Assembly: GCF_018350175.1 (NCBI RefSeq)
Contig: NC_058368.1
Coordinates: forward strand, 67,892,001 to 67,956,000
DNA length: 64,000 nucleotides
Origin: Felis catus
Taxonomy: Eukaryota
Direction: 5' to 3'
Part shown: piece by piece, positions 12,860 through 25,251 of the stretch
How the letters are laid out: each line of letters starts with the position of its first letter
Numbering within the stretch: the first letter of the stretch is position 1
Notes under the pieces: generated by a model
The model's input: only the letters and a program-made list of their open reading frames with translations
Told to the model about the DNA's origin: nothing
The model's database searches: none
Made by a program: the position numbers and the translations under genes

Positions 12860-14537
12860 AAAAATATACCATTTAAGTGCGACATGCCATTTAAATGGGA
12901 CAACACACTTTGTAGTTTCAAATTCTGTGATGTAGAGTAGTATTTTTCTGATTAAAGAAATATAATGGCACAGTTATGTCCTTGGAGGCCTTAATCTAGG
13001 TTAGAGGCCTTGGTGTGAATGCACATAGGTGGCACTTACATACAGTAAAATGAAATGTTAAGCCAAGATATAAGAGGTCTTTTTTTTGGGTACATTACAG
13101 ACAAAGCATTTTAGCCGTGGCTGTTATTGATGAGAGCCAGCTCGTCTAGACATTTTTCATATCAACTTGCTGATCCTTAGACAGTAGCTTCATGGTACTC
13201 CATGGGGACTTTATCTAGTGTTCTGCATAAATATTTTTGTTATATTTAAAATTGTGGCCAGTTAAATCCATGCTTGTTGGGATTAGTCACCTTAAATTGA
13301 TGAGCCAGAACTGTTTTTAGCCCATCTCTTTGAAAGAGTAAGCCCTAAAACGTTGATTTTGCATTGATTCCATCTTCCGCAAGTTCCATGCAAAAGTAAA
13401 AATATGGTCTTACTTTATAAGTGTGGATGTTCTTCACGTATCAGATATATTCCTTCTCATCTACCTACTATATTTACTATAATCTTTGGGGGTAAATATT
13501 TACCCATCTTTTGCTCTAAAAATAGGTACTTAACAGCATTTGTGGAGATCCAGCAGAACAACAGTAATCAATTTGATCTGGCCTCTAAAACAGGTGCCAT
13601 TTTGATAAATGGTCCAATTAAGCTGAGATTTCAGGTAGGAAGGCGATGGAGTTAATGTGTTGGCACCTGTAGGGGCCATGGCTGCACAAGTACAGATGTT
13701 ACAATGAGGTAAAGGTGGCACCTTATTAAGTCAGTGAAGTCTCCAAGTTTTGCATTTCCCATCATTTGATCAAAATATCTCTGTGCTGGGGCACCACTGG
13801 CTTCAACTTTCATCTATTCACAATGTTTCAGAAAGCAAGGTAGGTGTGGAAGTCCCAGCTCTTTTAGGTCATTTTTTACTGATCCCTATCCTGCAGTGAG
13901 AGACTGGTGCATAAAAATGATTAATTAGACAAGAAGCCTCATTGTTTCCAATCCATGATTCATATTCCTTCTGCACAACATGGGTGTAAACTGCTGGAAA
14001 GAAAGCTTTTTTTTTTATGTCTTCTTGCATTAATTTCAGTGTAGATTGTCTAGGTAAAGACTGTGCAGGATGCCCGCACTGGTTACTGCTTCCTGTCTAG
14101 AAAGACTCTCAGAGCAAAATGATACAGGGACATGACCTTCTCTCTTGAATTCGTGATGCTTTGTGATCTCTCAGTATCAGATTATGTCATGGACAGTTCT
14201 GCAAGTGGATTCTCCAATAGCAGATTTGTGATTCTTTCTTTATTTTTTTACCTACTTACTCAATTTGAAGAGTTTTCTTTTTTCTTTTTGTGGGGGAAGT
14301 ATTTTGGGTGAATATTTCAATAATCTTGGTGAACTTAATTCAATCGCTTCAACTTTCTAATGCAGAGATCAGCAAACTTTCTGTAAAGGATTTAAGAGTA
14401 AATATTTCAGGCTTTGTGGGCCAGATGGTCTCCATTGCAACTACTTAACTCTGCAGTAGGGACATGAAAGCAGCCACAGACAACACACACATGAATAAAT
14501 GTGGCTGTGTTTCTATATAACTGTATAGAGACTGAAA

Positions 14538-14563
14538 AAATATTTAAATGTTTATTGATTTTT

Positions 14564-14600
<37 letters not shown>

Positions 14601-14775
14601 GCAGAGTGCAGGTGAAAAAAGGACAGAGAGAGAGAGGGAGACACAGAATGTGAAGTAGGCTACAGACTCTGAGCTGTCAGCATGGAGCCCTATGTGGGAC
14701 TAGAACCCATGAAATGTGAGATCATGACCTGAACTGAAGTTGGACGCTTAACCAACTGAGCCACCGACATGCCCT
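14538..14775 (-). mobile_element. Can-SINE
   Basis: antisense body with long (GA)n; TSD gagactgaaa at 14528-14537 and 14776-14785. Confidence 0.95.
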
Positions 14776-14868
14776 GAGACTGAAATTTGAATTAAATATA
14801 ATTTCCACATGCCATGAATATCCTTCTTCTTTTACTTTTTTCCCAACCAATTAGAAATGTAAAAAATA

Positions 14869-14989
14869 GGCTTCCGATTCTGTGTCTCCCTCTCTCTTTG
14901 CCCCTCCCCCGTTCATGCTCTGTCTCTCTCTGTCTCAAAAATAAATAAAAACGTTAAAAAAAATTAAAAAAAATAAATAAAAAATAAAT
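14869..14989 (+). mobile_element. 5'-truncated Can-SINE (first unit of dimer)
   Basis: gcttccgattctgtgtctccc...(CT)n...A-tail, near-identical to the 3' half of the adjacent SINE. Confidence 0.95.
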
Positions 14990-15213
14990 GGGGCGCCTGA
15001 GTGGCTCAGTCGGTTAAGCGTCCGACTTCGGCTCAGGTCACGATCTCACGGTCTGTGAGTTCGAGCCCCGCATTGGGCTCTGGGCTGATGGCTCAGAGCC
15101 TGGAGCCTGCTTCCGATTCTGTGTCTCCCTCTCTCTTTGCCCCTCCCCGTTCATGCTCTGTCTCTCTCTGTCTCAAAAATAAATAAAAACGTTAAAAAAA
15201 ATTAAAAAAAAAA
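14990..15213 (+). mobile_element. full-length Can-SINE (second unit of dimer)
   Basis: ggggcgcctgagtggctcagtcgg head; TSD agaaatgtaaaaaata (14853-14868, 15214-15229) encloses both units. Confidence 0.97.
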
Positions 15214-15551
15214 AGAAATGTAAAAAATATTCTTAGCTCCAGGGCCATAGAATAATAAGCAATGGGCTGGTGTTGGCCAGTGGGCCACAGTTTGCTAAAC
15301 CCCATCTAATGCATTTCATGAAATTCTGTGCTACATAATTAGTGCTGTGTTTAGTGCTAGAGAAGACACACAGAAAATATTAAGTGTTGTCTCTGCCTTC
15401 AGGAACTTTTCATTCAGATGGAGAAAAGGTTGACTGCATAAAGACATCATATTATAAACCAGAATGTAATTAAATGCTAAAACCTGACCCATACTAGTTC
15501 TCTAGCTAGCTCAGGAAGAAGGAAGAGGGACCAGGGAGAGGGAGGGATGAA

Positions 15552-15875
15552 CTTATTTCTAATAGCTCTGGAGGCCAAGATCACAGTGCTGTCAGATTCA
15601 CTCTCTGACGAGGGGCTTTTTCTTGGCTTGTAGACAATCATCTTCTCAGTGTCCTCACATGGCACAGAGAAAGAGAGAGAGAGACAGACAGTGACAGGGA
15701 GAAATATATCTCTTATCTTCCTATGAGGTCATTAATCCCATCACTAGGGCCCTACCCTATGACTTTATCTACATCTAATTACCTCTCTAAGACCCCATCT
15801 TCAAATACCATCATACTCGGGGGCTAGGGCTTCAACATATGAATTTTCAGGGGAGGGACAGTTCAGTACATAACA
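15552..15875 (-). mobile_element. MLT1A-like MaLR LTR, partial
   Basis: ttcttggcttgtagacaatcatcttctcagtgtcctcacatggc...agggcttcaacatatgaatttt...cagtacataaca. Confidence 0.8.
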
Positions 15876-15949
15876 GCTGGGTACTAGGAATATAAATAAT
15901 AGAATAGAACATAATCACAGCCTTCTTTTGGGTCATCACCTCACGGGGA

Positions 15950-17389
15950 GACTCCATTTAGGCTCTTAGTACCATGAAATGATAAGTGCTAAAATAAAGG
16001 GACATATAATTTGCAGGAGAGGTGTTTACTTCTATTTGGGGGCTCAGGCAAGGAAATGATTCAAAGAGGGGGCAACATTTGGGTTGATCTCAAATGATGA
16101 GTATGAGTTAACCAGGTGAGAGAGAAGAGTCTCAGCAGCAGGGGCAGAGTTGGGAAAGCGTGAGGCATATTCAGGAAATGCAAGTAACTCAGCATGGCTA
16201 GAGCATAAGAAGAACATGTTGGATTGGTAGGAAAAGAGTCTAGGAAGTTATCAGAGCTTAGGATTTTGAAAGGTCTTTCATGTCCTATTGAGGAGTTTGA
16301 ACTTTACCCTATGAGTAATACTGAGTTATTGAATGACCCTGAGTGGAATAGGGATATGACCAGATTGGTCATCTCTTTAGGCACAGTGTATAAGATGGAT
16401 TGGTGTGGGCATAAGGCTAAGGTAGGAAAACAAAATAAGAATCCATTGTTTTGATCCATATGAAGTGATGCAAAATTAAACAGACCAGGAGAGTGAGAAT
16501 GAAGAGGGTAGCAGGAAGGGATTCAGGAGTCTTAGAAAAGTCTCAAAGTACTGGTTTGGAAACTATATAGATGATGTGCTCATCAGTACCCCATCAGATG
16601 TGTATCAGTGGATTGATTTGGTGGTAAAGAAGGTAAATTCAGTTTTTGGAGACATTGAATGTGGAGTTCCAAGTGTAATTGTCCAGCCGTCTGGATGAAA
16701 TAAGGGTCTGGAGATGTAGACTTTGGAAATCAATCAGCATGAAGTTGTAGTTGAAGCAATTAGACATGAGAAAGTGTGCAGGGAGGGTGGGTCATGTAGA
16801 ACATGAGGTCCAAGGATTGAAATTGGCTGGAGGCCAACCTCCCCGGGAAGAGGAGAGGAGCTTCATGGAAGCCAAAGGAAGATGGGGGGGGGGGGACAGT
16901 AGAAGTGGAAGCATGAGTGTAGGTGTCTTTCAAGAGACAGAATTAAAGAGAATGACAAAGTGGACCTTAGAGGGGGACTCAAGGTCATGAGAAGCTTTCT
17001 AAAAGGCAGGTAGTATCTGAGCATGTTCATAGGCTAAGAAAATGGAGCCCATCAGAAGTGAAGATTGATATGTTCCTGACAGTGCAGAGAAAGGAGAAAA
17101 TGCCTGGAGCAAGATGCCAAAGGGGTTAGGAGGGAGAGGAGGGCTTACCTTGGATAGGAGGGGAATCCAGTATGAACAGCAAGAGATGAAGGTCCTTGTG
17201 GTGATTGACGGACTTAGAGTTTGAAGATCAAGAAACTGAGGGAGCTCCCACCTCATGACCTACATCTCCTTTTGAAAGAAAGTGGTAAGGCTACCTACGT
17301 CAGGTGAGGGGGAAAAGGTGGTATAAAGAATAAGGTGGAAGTAACTAATTAGGAGATTCAACAGTCCAATGAAGCTCTCATAATTTCTG

Positions 17390-17434
<45 letters not shown>

Positions 17435-18760
17435 TTGGGAGAGGAATTGGAGAAAAGGGCAAGTGGGGCCCAGGCTGTGCTTGTCAACCATTAATGTACT
17501 TGTTGATCATTTGGGGATCTTATTAATATGGACATTTTGATTCATTAGGTCTAGGGTAGGACTTCACATCCTGAATTTCTTACAAGTTGCTAAGTCCCAC
17601 GTGATGCTGATGTTATGTGTCATATCACCAAACTTTGAGTACAAGAAACTAGGGCATTTTCTAGAAGCTGTTGTATATACTGTTTTTACTTAAATTGTAT
17701 GTTCATATGGGGGAAGGCTTTGATGAAGAGTGCTGATAGACAAAAAGAGGGGTTAAGGACTTCTGAAGCTAGCATTGGCCCCTGGACTGACCATCATAAA
17801 GGGCAAATAAAAGCTGTTTTCTCCCCTAAAGTTAGAAATCAAAACATTGATGATACCAGCATGAATGATTGTGTGCTGTTTCCAGCAGTGTTTGTGTTCT
17901 TGGGAATAAGTGGGGTATACATAGATAGTTGGACTGAAGGGGGATGTGATAGGACCCTTGAAGAGAAAGGCCATGTTGTTCTGTTCTTGATTTGGGAAAA
18001 GGTAGAGCATGTAGCCTGAGGAGGGAGGCTTAAGGTGTAGGAATGAGAAAACGGAATGTCAGGAGGTTGTGTTGTGAGAGAGTGAGTTCACAGTCTAAGA
18101 TGATGGAGGGCAGGTAACCCAGGAGGTGACAGTGGCTTGGAGCAGGTTGCTAAGGAAGTGTTTGGATGGATGGCAGAGTTGAGGACTGGAGAAGGACAGA
18201 TGCCAAATCTCTCATCCACTGTGAGAGTGATCATAGGATCATTATTGCCAGGGAAGGGAAATGTTGACGATGGGATAGACGGATGCCATGACCCCCTGAA
18301 AAATGTGATAATGAGTGGAAAAATAATGGTTTAGAAATGCAGAGAAAATGCTATGCAAGTATGCTTGTGTATGGGGTGGCAAGGGTGAGCAGTCTCCTCT
18401 AGAGAGGGCTACAGGGGATAATGAATCCTTAGGAAAGCAGGATCTAGATAGGGTAGGAAAAAATGTGATCATTCTGAGAAGAGCTTGAGTATATATGCGT
18501 GGAGTTGAATGGAGATGGGCACGGGCAGGCCTGTTTCCAGAGAGCTCAGAAGACAGGACTGAAGGGGATTGGCTATAGAAAGGGCCAGGAGGAAAGGAAG
18601 AGCAATGGGAGAAATGGTTGGTACCTAAGGCGATCACTCTTGGCAGTGGTGAAAGATGATAGCAAGGAGAAGGGCAGAGATGTTGTTGGCTGGTCTTGGG
18701 TTCTGGCTGAGGCTTGGGTAAAACAGTTTTGAGAAGGGTATTGGCAAACCTGTTCCGAGG
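15950..18760 (-). mobile_element. long degraded L2 LINE remnant, with a MER5-like insert at ~17490-17645 and (TG)n at 17393-17433
   Basis: purine-rich L2 antisense motifs: gaggagtttgaactttaccct, aattcagtttttggagacattgaatgtggag, ggtctggagatgtagactttggaaatcaatcagcat. Confidence 0.7.
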
Positions 18761-20084
18761 GTGGATGTGTTGGGGATGTAGGCCCAGTATCTTTCATTTG
18801 GCGTGTAGTCTTGTCAGCCAAAAAAAACAGGTCTGCTTATTTTATGCATACCAAATAAGAAGATGTTGAAGGATTCATTCCATAATTTTGATAAGCATGT
18901 TATACGTTCTTTTTGAATGACGGTATAGAGCCATTGCTTGATTGATACATCTGCTTTCCCTTATTAAAACATTGGATTTTTTTAAGATAATGCATTTTCC
19001 TCTAATTTTGGTGTGGAAATATTTGTTTTCTACAAATTAGAAAATAGTAGAATGAAGTTCTAAGTTCCTTCCCTAAGTAGGACCATATCAGGCTATCAAG
19101 AGTAGAATTTCCATCCAGAAAAAGGCCCTTTTCTTTTGAAGCTATATAACACACCACATGCAAAGAGACTTGTCCTGTCTATCAGAATGGGAAGGATATT
19201 AAAATATTGTAATATTGGTTTTTTGTTCTTTTTATTCCTTTAGTTTTGTGTAGTAACTATTACTGTCCTATTGAAAGCGATAGCCAGTGGGAAATGTAAT
19301 TTTGAACTCGACAAATATAGAACATTCATTTTATTATAGAGGGTTTGAAATACCTAAGAAAGAAACTATAGTTTGAAGAGCTCCAGCAAAATAAATCTGA
19401 AATGGAAAGAGATACAGTCATGAGGACTGGAAAAGATACCTAATAAATCAAAATGAAACCTGTTATGAGGAAGAGGGAAAACACAGTAGGAAATTGGGAA
19501 AATAATAAGAGATAATGAAACACAATAGAAAAATATGAAATGATAGCGATTTGTGTTTGCCTGGAAGCTTTAATCCAGAAATTAAATTTGATAGGAGTAG
19601 AGGATTAGAGGAGGTTGGGAGGCAAGCTGATAATGACTTGGTTGTAGGAGGTGAGGGATGGGGTCTGGGCAAGTCTGTAAATAGGCAGTAAAGATTGTGA
19701 AGGAATTTAAATTTAATCCAGGGAGCTTTGGGGTAATTTTGTGTAAAGGACTGACATGGTCAGATGGCAGCAGGGAAGATAATTAGCATTCAGGATGCAG
19801 GAGCAGAAAGAAAGGCATCTTAAGGGAAGTGTGTGCAGTGAATGTTGTTACCTGCTGCATGTTGGAGCTGGCACGCCTTGGCACGTCAGCACATCAAGGT
19901 TCTGGAAGGGAGGCTGACCTTTGAACAAGACCTTTTCTTTTGGGTCCTTGTTCTATCGTCTATTAAAAAGACAGAAAGAAAGAAAGGAAACAAAGAATAT
20001 ACCCAGGCTTGGCAAGGTCCAAGGAAAATCTTAGATGCTACTTTTATAAGCTTTTTTGGAAGATAATAGGATTCTATGTCTCAA

Positions 20085-20430
20085 AAATGTTAAAGTCATC
20101 CATTTCCTATGACTAACTAATACTTCTTCAAGGCATTTATATTTGGTAATATTTGCAAAGATTTATGCCCATGGATGCTCATTATAGCATTATTTATAAT
20201 ATCCCAAATTTGGAAAACACCTAGACATATAACAGTAGCACCTTACTTAAATAAATTTCAGCTGATTTGTCCAATGTCATATAATGCATTTATTAAGATC
20301 ATGTTTGTTGGACAAGAATATCTAATGTTGGGAAATCTTTGTGATACATTGCTAAGTGGAAAATCAGTTTCATGAATAGTTTATACAATGTGGGAAAAAA
20401 TATATGTCTGAGTGTATGGGTGGATGCTGG
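20085..20430 (+). mobile_element. old L1M (L1MC/ME-like) 3' fragment
   Basis: ggatgctcattatagcattatttataatatcccaaatttggaaaacacctaga. Confidence 0.6.
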
Positions 20431-20444
20431 ATATTCTCTCATTA

Positions 20445-20847
20445 CTTTTTTAACAGCTTAATTAATTAATTAATTAATTTTTAATTTTATTTTTTATTTT
20501 TTAAAATTTACATCCAAATTAGCATATAGTGAAACAATGATTTCAGGAGTAGATTCCTTAATGCCCCTTACCCAATTAGCCCATCCCCCCTCCCACAACC
20601 CCTCCAGCAACCCTCAGTTTGTTCTCCATATTTATGAGTCTCTTCTGTTTTGTCCACCTCCCTGTTTTTATATTATTTTTGTTTCCCTTCCCTTATGTTC
20701 ATCTGTTTTGTCTCTTAAAGTCCTCATATGAGTGAAGTCATATCATTTTTGTCTTTCTCTAATTTCACTTAGCATAATACCCTCAAGTTCCATCCACATA
20801 GTTGCAGATGGCAAGATTTCATTCTTTTTGATTGCCGAGTAATACTC

Positions 20848-20900
<53 letters not shown>

Positions 20901-22128
20901 ACATCTTCTTTATCCATTCATCCATCGATGGACATTTGGACTCTTTCCCTACTTTGGCTATTGTTGATAGTGCTGCTATAAACATGGGGGTGCATGTGTC
21001 CCTTTGAAACAGCACACCTGTATCCCGTGGAGAAATGCCTAGTAGTGCAATTGCTGGGTCATAGGGTAGTTCTATATTTAATTTTTTGAGGAACCTCCAT
21101 ACTGTTTTCCAGAGTGGCTGCACCAGCTTGCATTCCCACCAACAATGCAGAAGCGATCCTCTTTCTCTGCATCCTCGCCAACATCTGTTGTTGCCTGAGT
21201 TGTTAATGTTAGCCATTCTGACCGGTGTGAGGTGGTATCTCAGTGTGGTTTTGATTTGTATTTCCCTGATGATGAGTGATGTTGAACATTTTCATGTGTC
21301 AGTTGGCCATCTGCATGTCTTCTTTGGAAGCGTGTCTCTTCATGTCTTTTGCCCATTTCTTCACTGGATGATTTGTTTTTTGGGTGTTGAGTTTGGTAAG
21401 TTCTTTATAGATTTTAGATACTAACCCTTTATCTGAGATGTCATTTGCAAATATCTTCTCCCATTCTGTCGGTTGCCTTTTAGTTTTGCTGATTGTTTCC
21501 TTCACTGTGCAAAAGCTTTTTATTTTGATGAGGTCCCAGTAGTTAATTTTTGCTTTTGTTTCCCTTGCCTCTGGAGACGTGTTGAGTTAAAAGAAGTTGC
21601 TGTGGCCAAGATCAAAGAGGTTTTTGCCTGCTTTCTTCTCGAAGACTTTGATGGCTATTTAGGTCTTTCATCCATTTTGAGTTCTCTTTTTTTTAATTTT
21701 TTTTTAATGTTTATTTTTGAGAGGGAGAGAGAGACAGTGCGTGAACAGGGGAGGGGCAGAGAAAGAGGGAGACACAGAATCTGAAGCCCGCTCCAGGGTC
21801 TGAGCTGTCAGCACAAAGCCTGATGTGGGACTCGAACCCATGAATGGTGAGATCATGACCCGAGCCGAAGTTGGATGCCTAACCGACTGAGCCACCCAGG
21901 CGCCCCTTTTTTTGAGTTTATTTTTGTGTATGGTGTAAGAAAGTGGTCCAGGTTCATTCTTCCCCATGTCGCTGTCCAGTTTTCCCAGCACCACTTGCTG
22001 AAGAGACTGTGTTTATTCCACTGGATATTCTTTCCTGCTTTGTCAAAGATTAGTTGGCCATACGTTTGTGGGTCCATTTCTGAGTTCTCTATTCTGTTCC
22101 ATTGATCTGAGTGTCTGTTCTTGTGCCA
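20445..22128 (-). mobile_element. 5'-truncated felid L1 (L1_Fc-like): ORF2 C-terminus plus 3'UTR, disrupted
   Basis: ORF-track peptides [35 protein letters not shown] and [15 protein letters not shown] match L1 ORF2; T-rich tail; TSD atattctctcatta at 20431-20444 and 22129-22142; internal (TA)n ~20853-20898. Confidence 0.97.
21684..21906 (-). mobile_element. Can-SINE nested in L1
   Basis: antisense SINE body; TSD ttttgagtt in L1 sequence on both sides. Confidence 0.96.
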
Positions 22129-22491
22129 ATATTCTCTCATTATTTATGGTTACTTATAGAAAAATATATACTTCATAACTATCTGGAATTCTGCCTTATA
22201 TGAGGCCCTGTGACTGAGCTGCAAGATGACAAGGATTTGTACTATGCAGAGTAGGCAGTCAACTGGTGTTTGAAAATAGGCCCCATCAAGCAGAAAGTTT
22301 TTCTACTTATAGCCCGAGTGCTGCAAGTACAGTACAGGCTGCTTTGGGGCCAAACACAGAGTCAGGAAAGAGAAGGCCATGGTTCCAGCAGAAGTATGAT
22401 GGGATCATCGTTCATGGCATAAAACTGTTTCTATCCAAAAGACCAATAAAAAAAATTTCAGTGAAATGTAGAAAATAAATTAAAAAATTAT

Positions 22492-22712
22492 GGGGGTGCC
22501 TGGGTGGCTTAGTCGGTTATGCGTCTGACTTCAGCTCAGGTCATGATCTCACACTCTCTTAGTTTGGGCCCTGCATCGGGCTCTGTGCTGTCATGACAGC
22601 TCAGAGCCTGGAACCTGCTTCAGATTCTGGGCCTCCCTCTCTCTCTGCCTCTCTCTCTCAAAAAAAAAAAAAAACAAAAAACAAAAAACAAAAAACATTA
22701 AAAAACAAAAAA
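22492..22712 (+). mobile_element. Can-SINE
   Basis: ggggtgcctgggtggcttagtcgg head, long A-rich tail. Confidence 0.95.
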
Positions 22713-24599
22713 GCTATGGAGAGGCATGGTTTTTTCCCTTGTTTTCTCTTATTCTTTTTCAGACCAGTACTTCTCCTTCCCTACATCAAAAACCCCTGAT
22801 CCTTTGAGTTTTCCAAGATTATAGCACCTTCACCCTCAAATCCCTATAGATGATCTTCTGGTCATCTTTCTTCATTCATTGAAGATTTTAGCTCCCGTTT
22901 GCATAGTACTAGTGCCCTGAACCCTGTCGTTATTCTCCTCTCAGTGACTCTAACACCCATCCACAATTCCAGCTTGGCTCCTCTATCTTCTGAATCATCT
23001 TGTCTACTGCCCCATCCCCCAGCCCATTCCCACTGTCCATTCATCACCTGAAGCACCCTCTCTTCATTTTTCTCCTTACCCAGCTCAGATTCCATGGTTG
23101 TCCACTGTAGTAGTGCCATTGAAAAATCCCTCAACTTCTCTTACTTTTCTTCCTCTGTTATTTATTTCTAGAACAATTCTGACACTGAATCTGTCATTTA
23201 CTATCTCCTTGCCAGCACCCAAGCAGCTAACTATTCCTAGAGAAAAAAAACACAAGAGGGCTGCCTGGTTTAATTTTAAATGCATGATCACAAATCTCAA
23301 AACTGCTATCCTACCATATTTCTCTAGTGGACTCACTTTCCCACCTCCTGTAATGACTGTTTCCTAACATCCGCTCTCCTCAGATCTCTCAGACTTCTTC
23401 TTCCCACTTATCTTGCAGCGAGAGTGACCTTGTTTCTTATGTCATTGAGAAGATAGAAACCATCAGGAAGATATTTATTTGTCTTCTCATTACCAAATCT
23501 GCAAACCCACTTGCATTATTATTCTTCCCTCTTAGTACAACAGGGGAACTATCCCTCTTCCTCCTATCCAAGCCCGTTCTTGGATTCCATTCCAACTTTT
23601 CTGTTTTCTCTCACTTCCTTCTCTCACTTATCCCTTCTCGCTGCATCGCTGATCTCTTCATCACTACCAGGCCCTTGTGTAAAAACAGACTTAAAGTCTC
23701 TGGCCCCATACTTCTCTCTAACATTTGCTCCATTCCTGTTTTCTTAGTAATCCTCCTGCTTGGAAAGTCATCTACATGTGCTGATGCTTTACTTCTAATC
23801 TTGTTTTTAACCCCAACACTCAGTTGGAACTGCTCTTGTCAAGGTGGCAAATGACCTTCATATGGCCTAAATCAGTGGCCACAGTTTTGCTCTTTTTGTC
23901 CTCAGACTTGACTCAGCACTAGACTCAGTGGACCACTCCTTTCTTGAAATGTGATCTCCTTTGGCTTCTTCAACCTCAGACTCTCTTATTTTATTCTTCT
24001 TTCACTTCATGGTTTTTCACTACTCTGTCTCAGAATTTTGGTGTTTCTGTCAGCTAAACCCGAACCTTCCTCCCATGACTCCCAATCCCATATTTTCTCT
24101 CTGACAGGTCTCCTGCTCTACCCATGAATCTCAGATGATCTCCCAGATGCCATGTTGACAGTTGATTGCCTTATGGGCTTGTCAGGCTTATTTCCAAAAA
24201 TGGAAACTTTGATTCCATCCTCCACATCTCTTCCTGTTTTAGTCTTCCTCATCTCAGTAAACACTACCACCATCTACCTAGTTGTTTGAGAAAAAACACT
24301 GAGGGTTAGCCTTAATTCATCCATTTCACCTCTCACATCCAGTTTGCCACCAAAATCTATAGCTTTTAGCTCCTGTATATCTCCAAACCTTCTACTCCTG
24401 TCCATTGCTATCATTAACATTCTAAGCCAAGCCACATGGCCCCTTACTTGGACTACCACTGAAGCCCTCTCAGTTTCCTTGCTCTAGTCTTGTCACCTTT
24501 TATCCATTCTTCAGCCCAAAGTGCCTTTTTTAAAAAAGTTAAATCTGACTTTGCCATTTAGACGCACTGTGGATCCCTTACAACAGCCTGCGAGGCTCA

Positions 24600-24799
24600 T
24601 TTTTTTTTTAATTTGCTTTTTTATTTTTATTGTTTAAAAATTTAATTTCAGTATATTTAACAATGTAGTGATTCAACAATTCTATATATTTCTCAGTGCT
24701 CATCATGCTAAGTTTACTCTTAATCTCCATCACCTGTTTCGCCTATACCCCCACTCACTTGACCTCTGGCAGCAACCAGTTCTCTATAGTGAAGACTCA
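24600..24799 (-). mobile_element. carnivore L1 3'UTR end (L1_Carn-like)
   Basis: poly-T then tagtgattcaacaattctatatatttctcagtgctcatc...cctctggcagcaaccagtt; degraded TSD cct..aggctc.ttt. Confidence 0.75.
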
Positions 24800-24974
24800 C
24801 CTATAAGGCTCTTTTGTTTATCATTCTATTTATGCCTTTATCCCCTTTGCTCCTGACATGTCATTCTTTAGGTCTCAGATTAAATGTAATTAATTAATTA
24901 AGAGGCTTTCCTCAACCTCCTGATAAAAAAGTAGATCTTCTCTCCGTTATTATTCTCTCACTCAGAACTATTTT

Positions 24975-25027
24975 ATTATTTATTTAGTTAGTTAGTTTTT
25001 AGTTTTTTTAAATGTTTATGTATTTTT

Positions 25028-25077
<50 letters not shown>

Positions 25078-25251
25078 ATGTGAGCAGGGGAAGAGCAGAG
25101 AGAGAGAGAGAGGGAGACACAGAATCCTAAGCAGGCTCCAGGCTCTGAGCTGTCAGCACAGAGCCTGACGCGGGGCTCAAACTCATAAACTGTGAGGTCA
25201 TGAGCTGAGCTGAAGCCAGACGCTTAACTGACTGAGCCACCCAGATGCCCC
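24975..25251 (-). mobile_element. Can-SINE with (GA)n(GACA)n expansion
   Basis: antisense body; degraded TSD ctcagaactatttt / ctcaaaaccatttt. Confidence 0.95.

Larger units (their letters stand above)
14363..15304 (+). mobile_element. MER58B-like hAT-Charlie element interrupted by two SINE insertion sites
   Basis: cagagatcagcaaactttctgtaaagg...ggctttgtgggcca start and gggccacagtttgctaaaccc end; flanking tctaatg duplication. Confidence 0.8.

Noticed and set aside
15001..15186. Recurring MAQSVKRPTSAQV / GRGRERGRHRI peptides as a gene family
   Set aside because: These are translations of Can-SINE sequence on either strand
20743..22140. ORFs with clear protein similarity (157, 68 and 95 aa) as a gene
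   Set aside because: They are frameshifted pieces of L1 ORF2 in a 5'-truncated, SINE-interrupted copy
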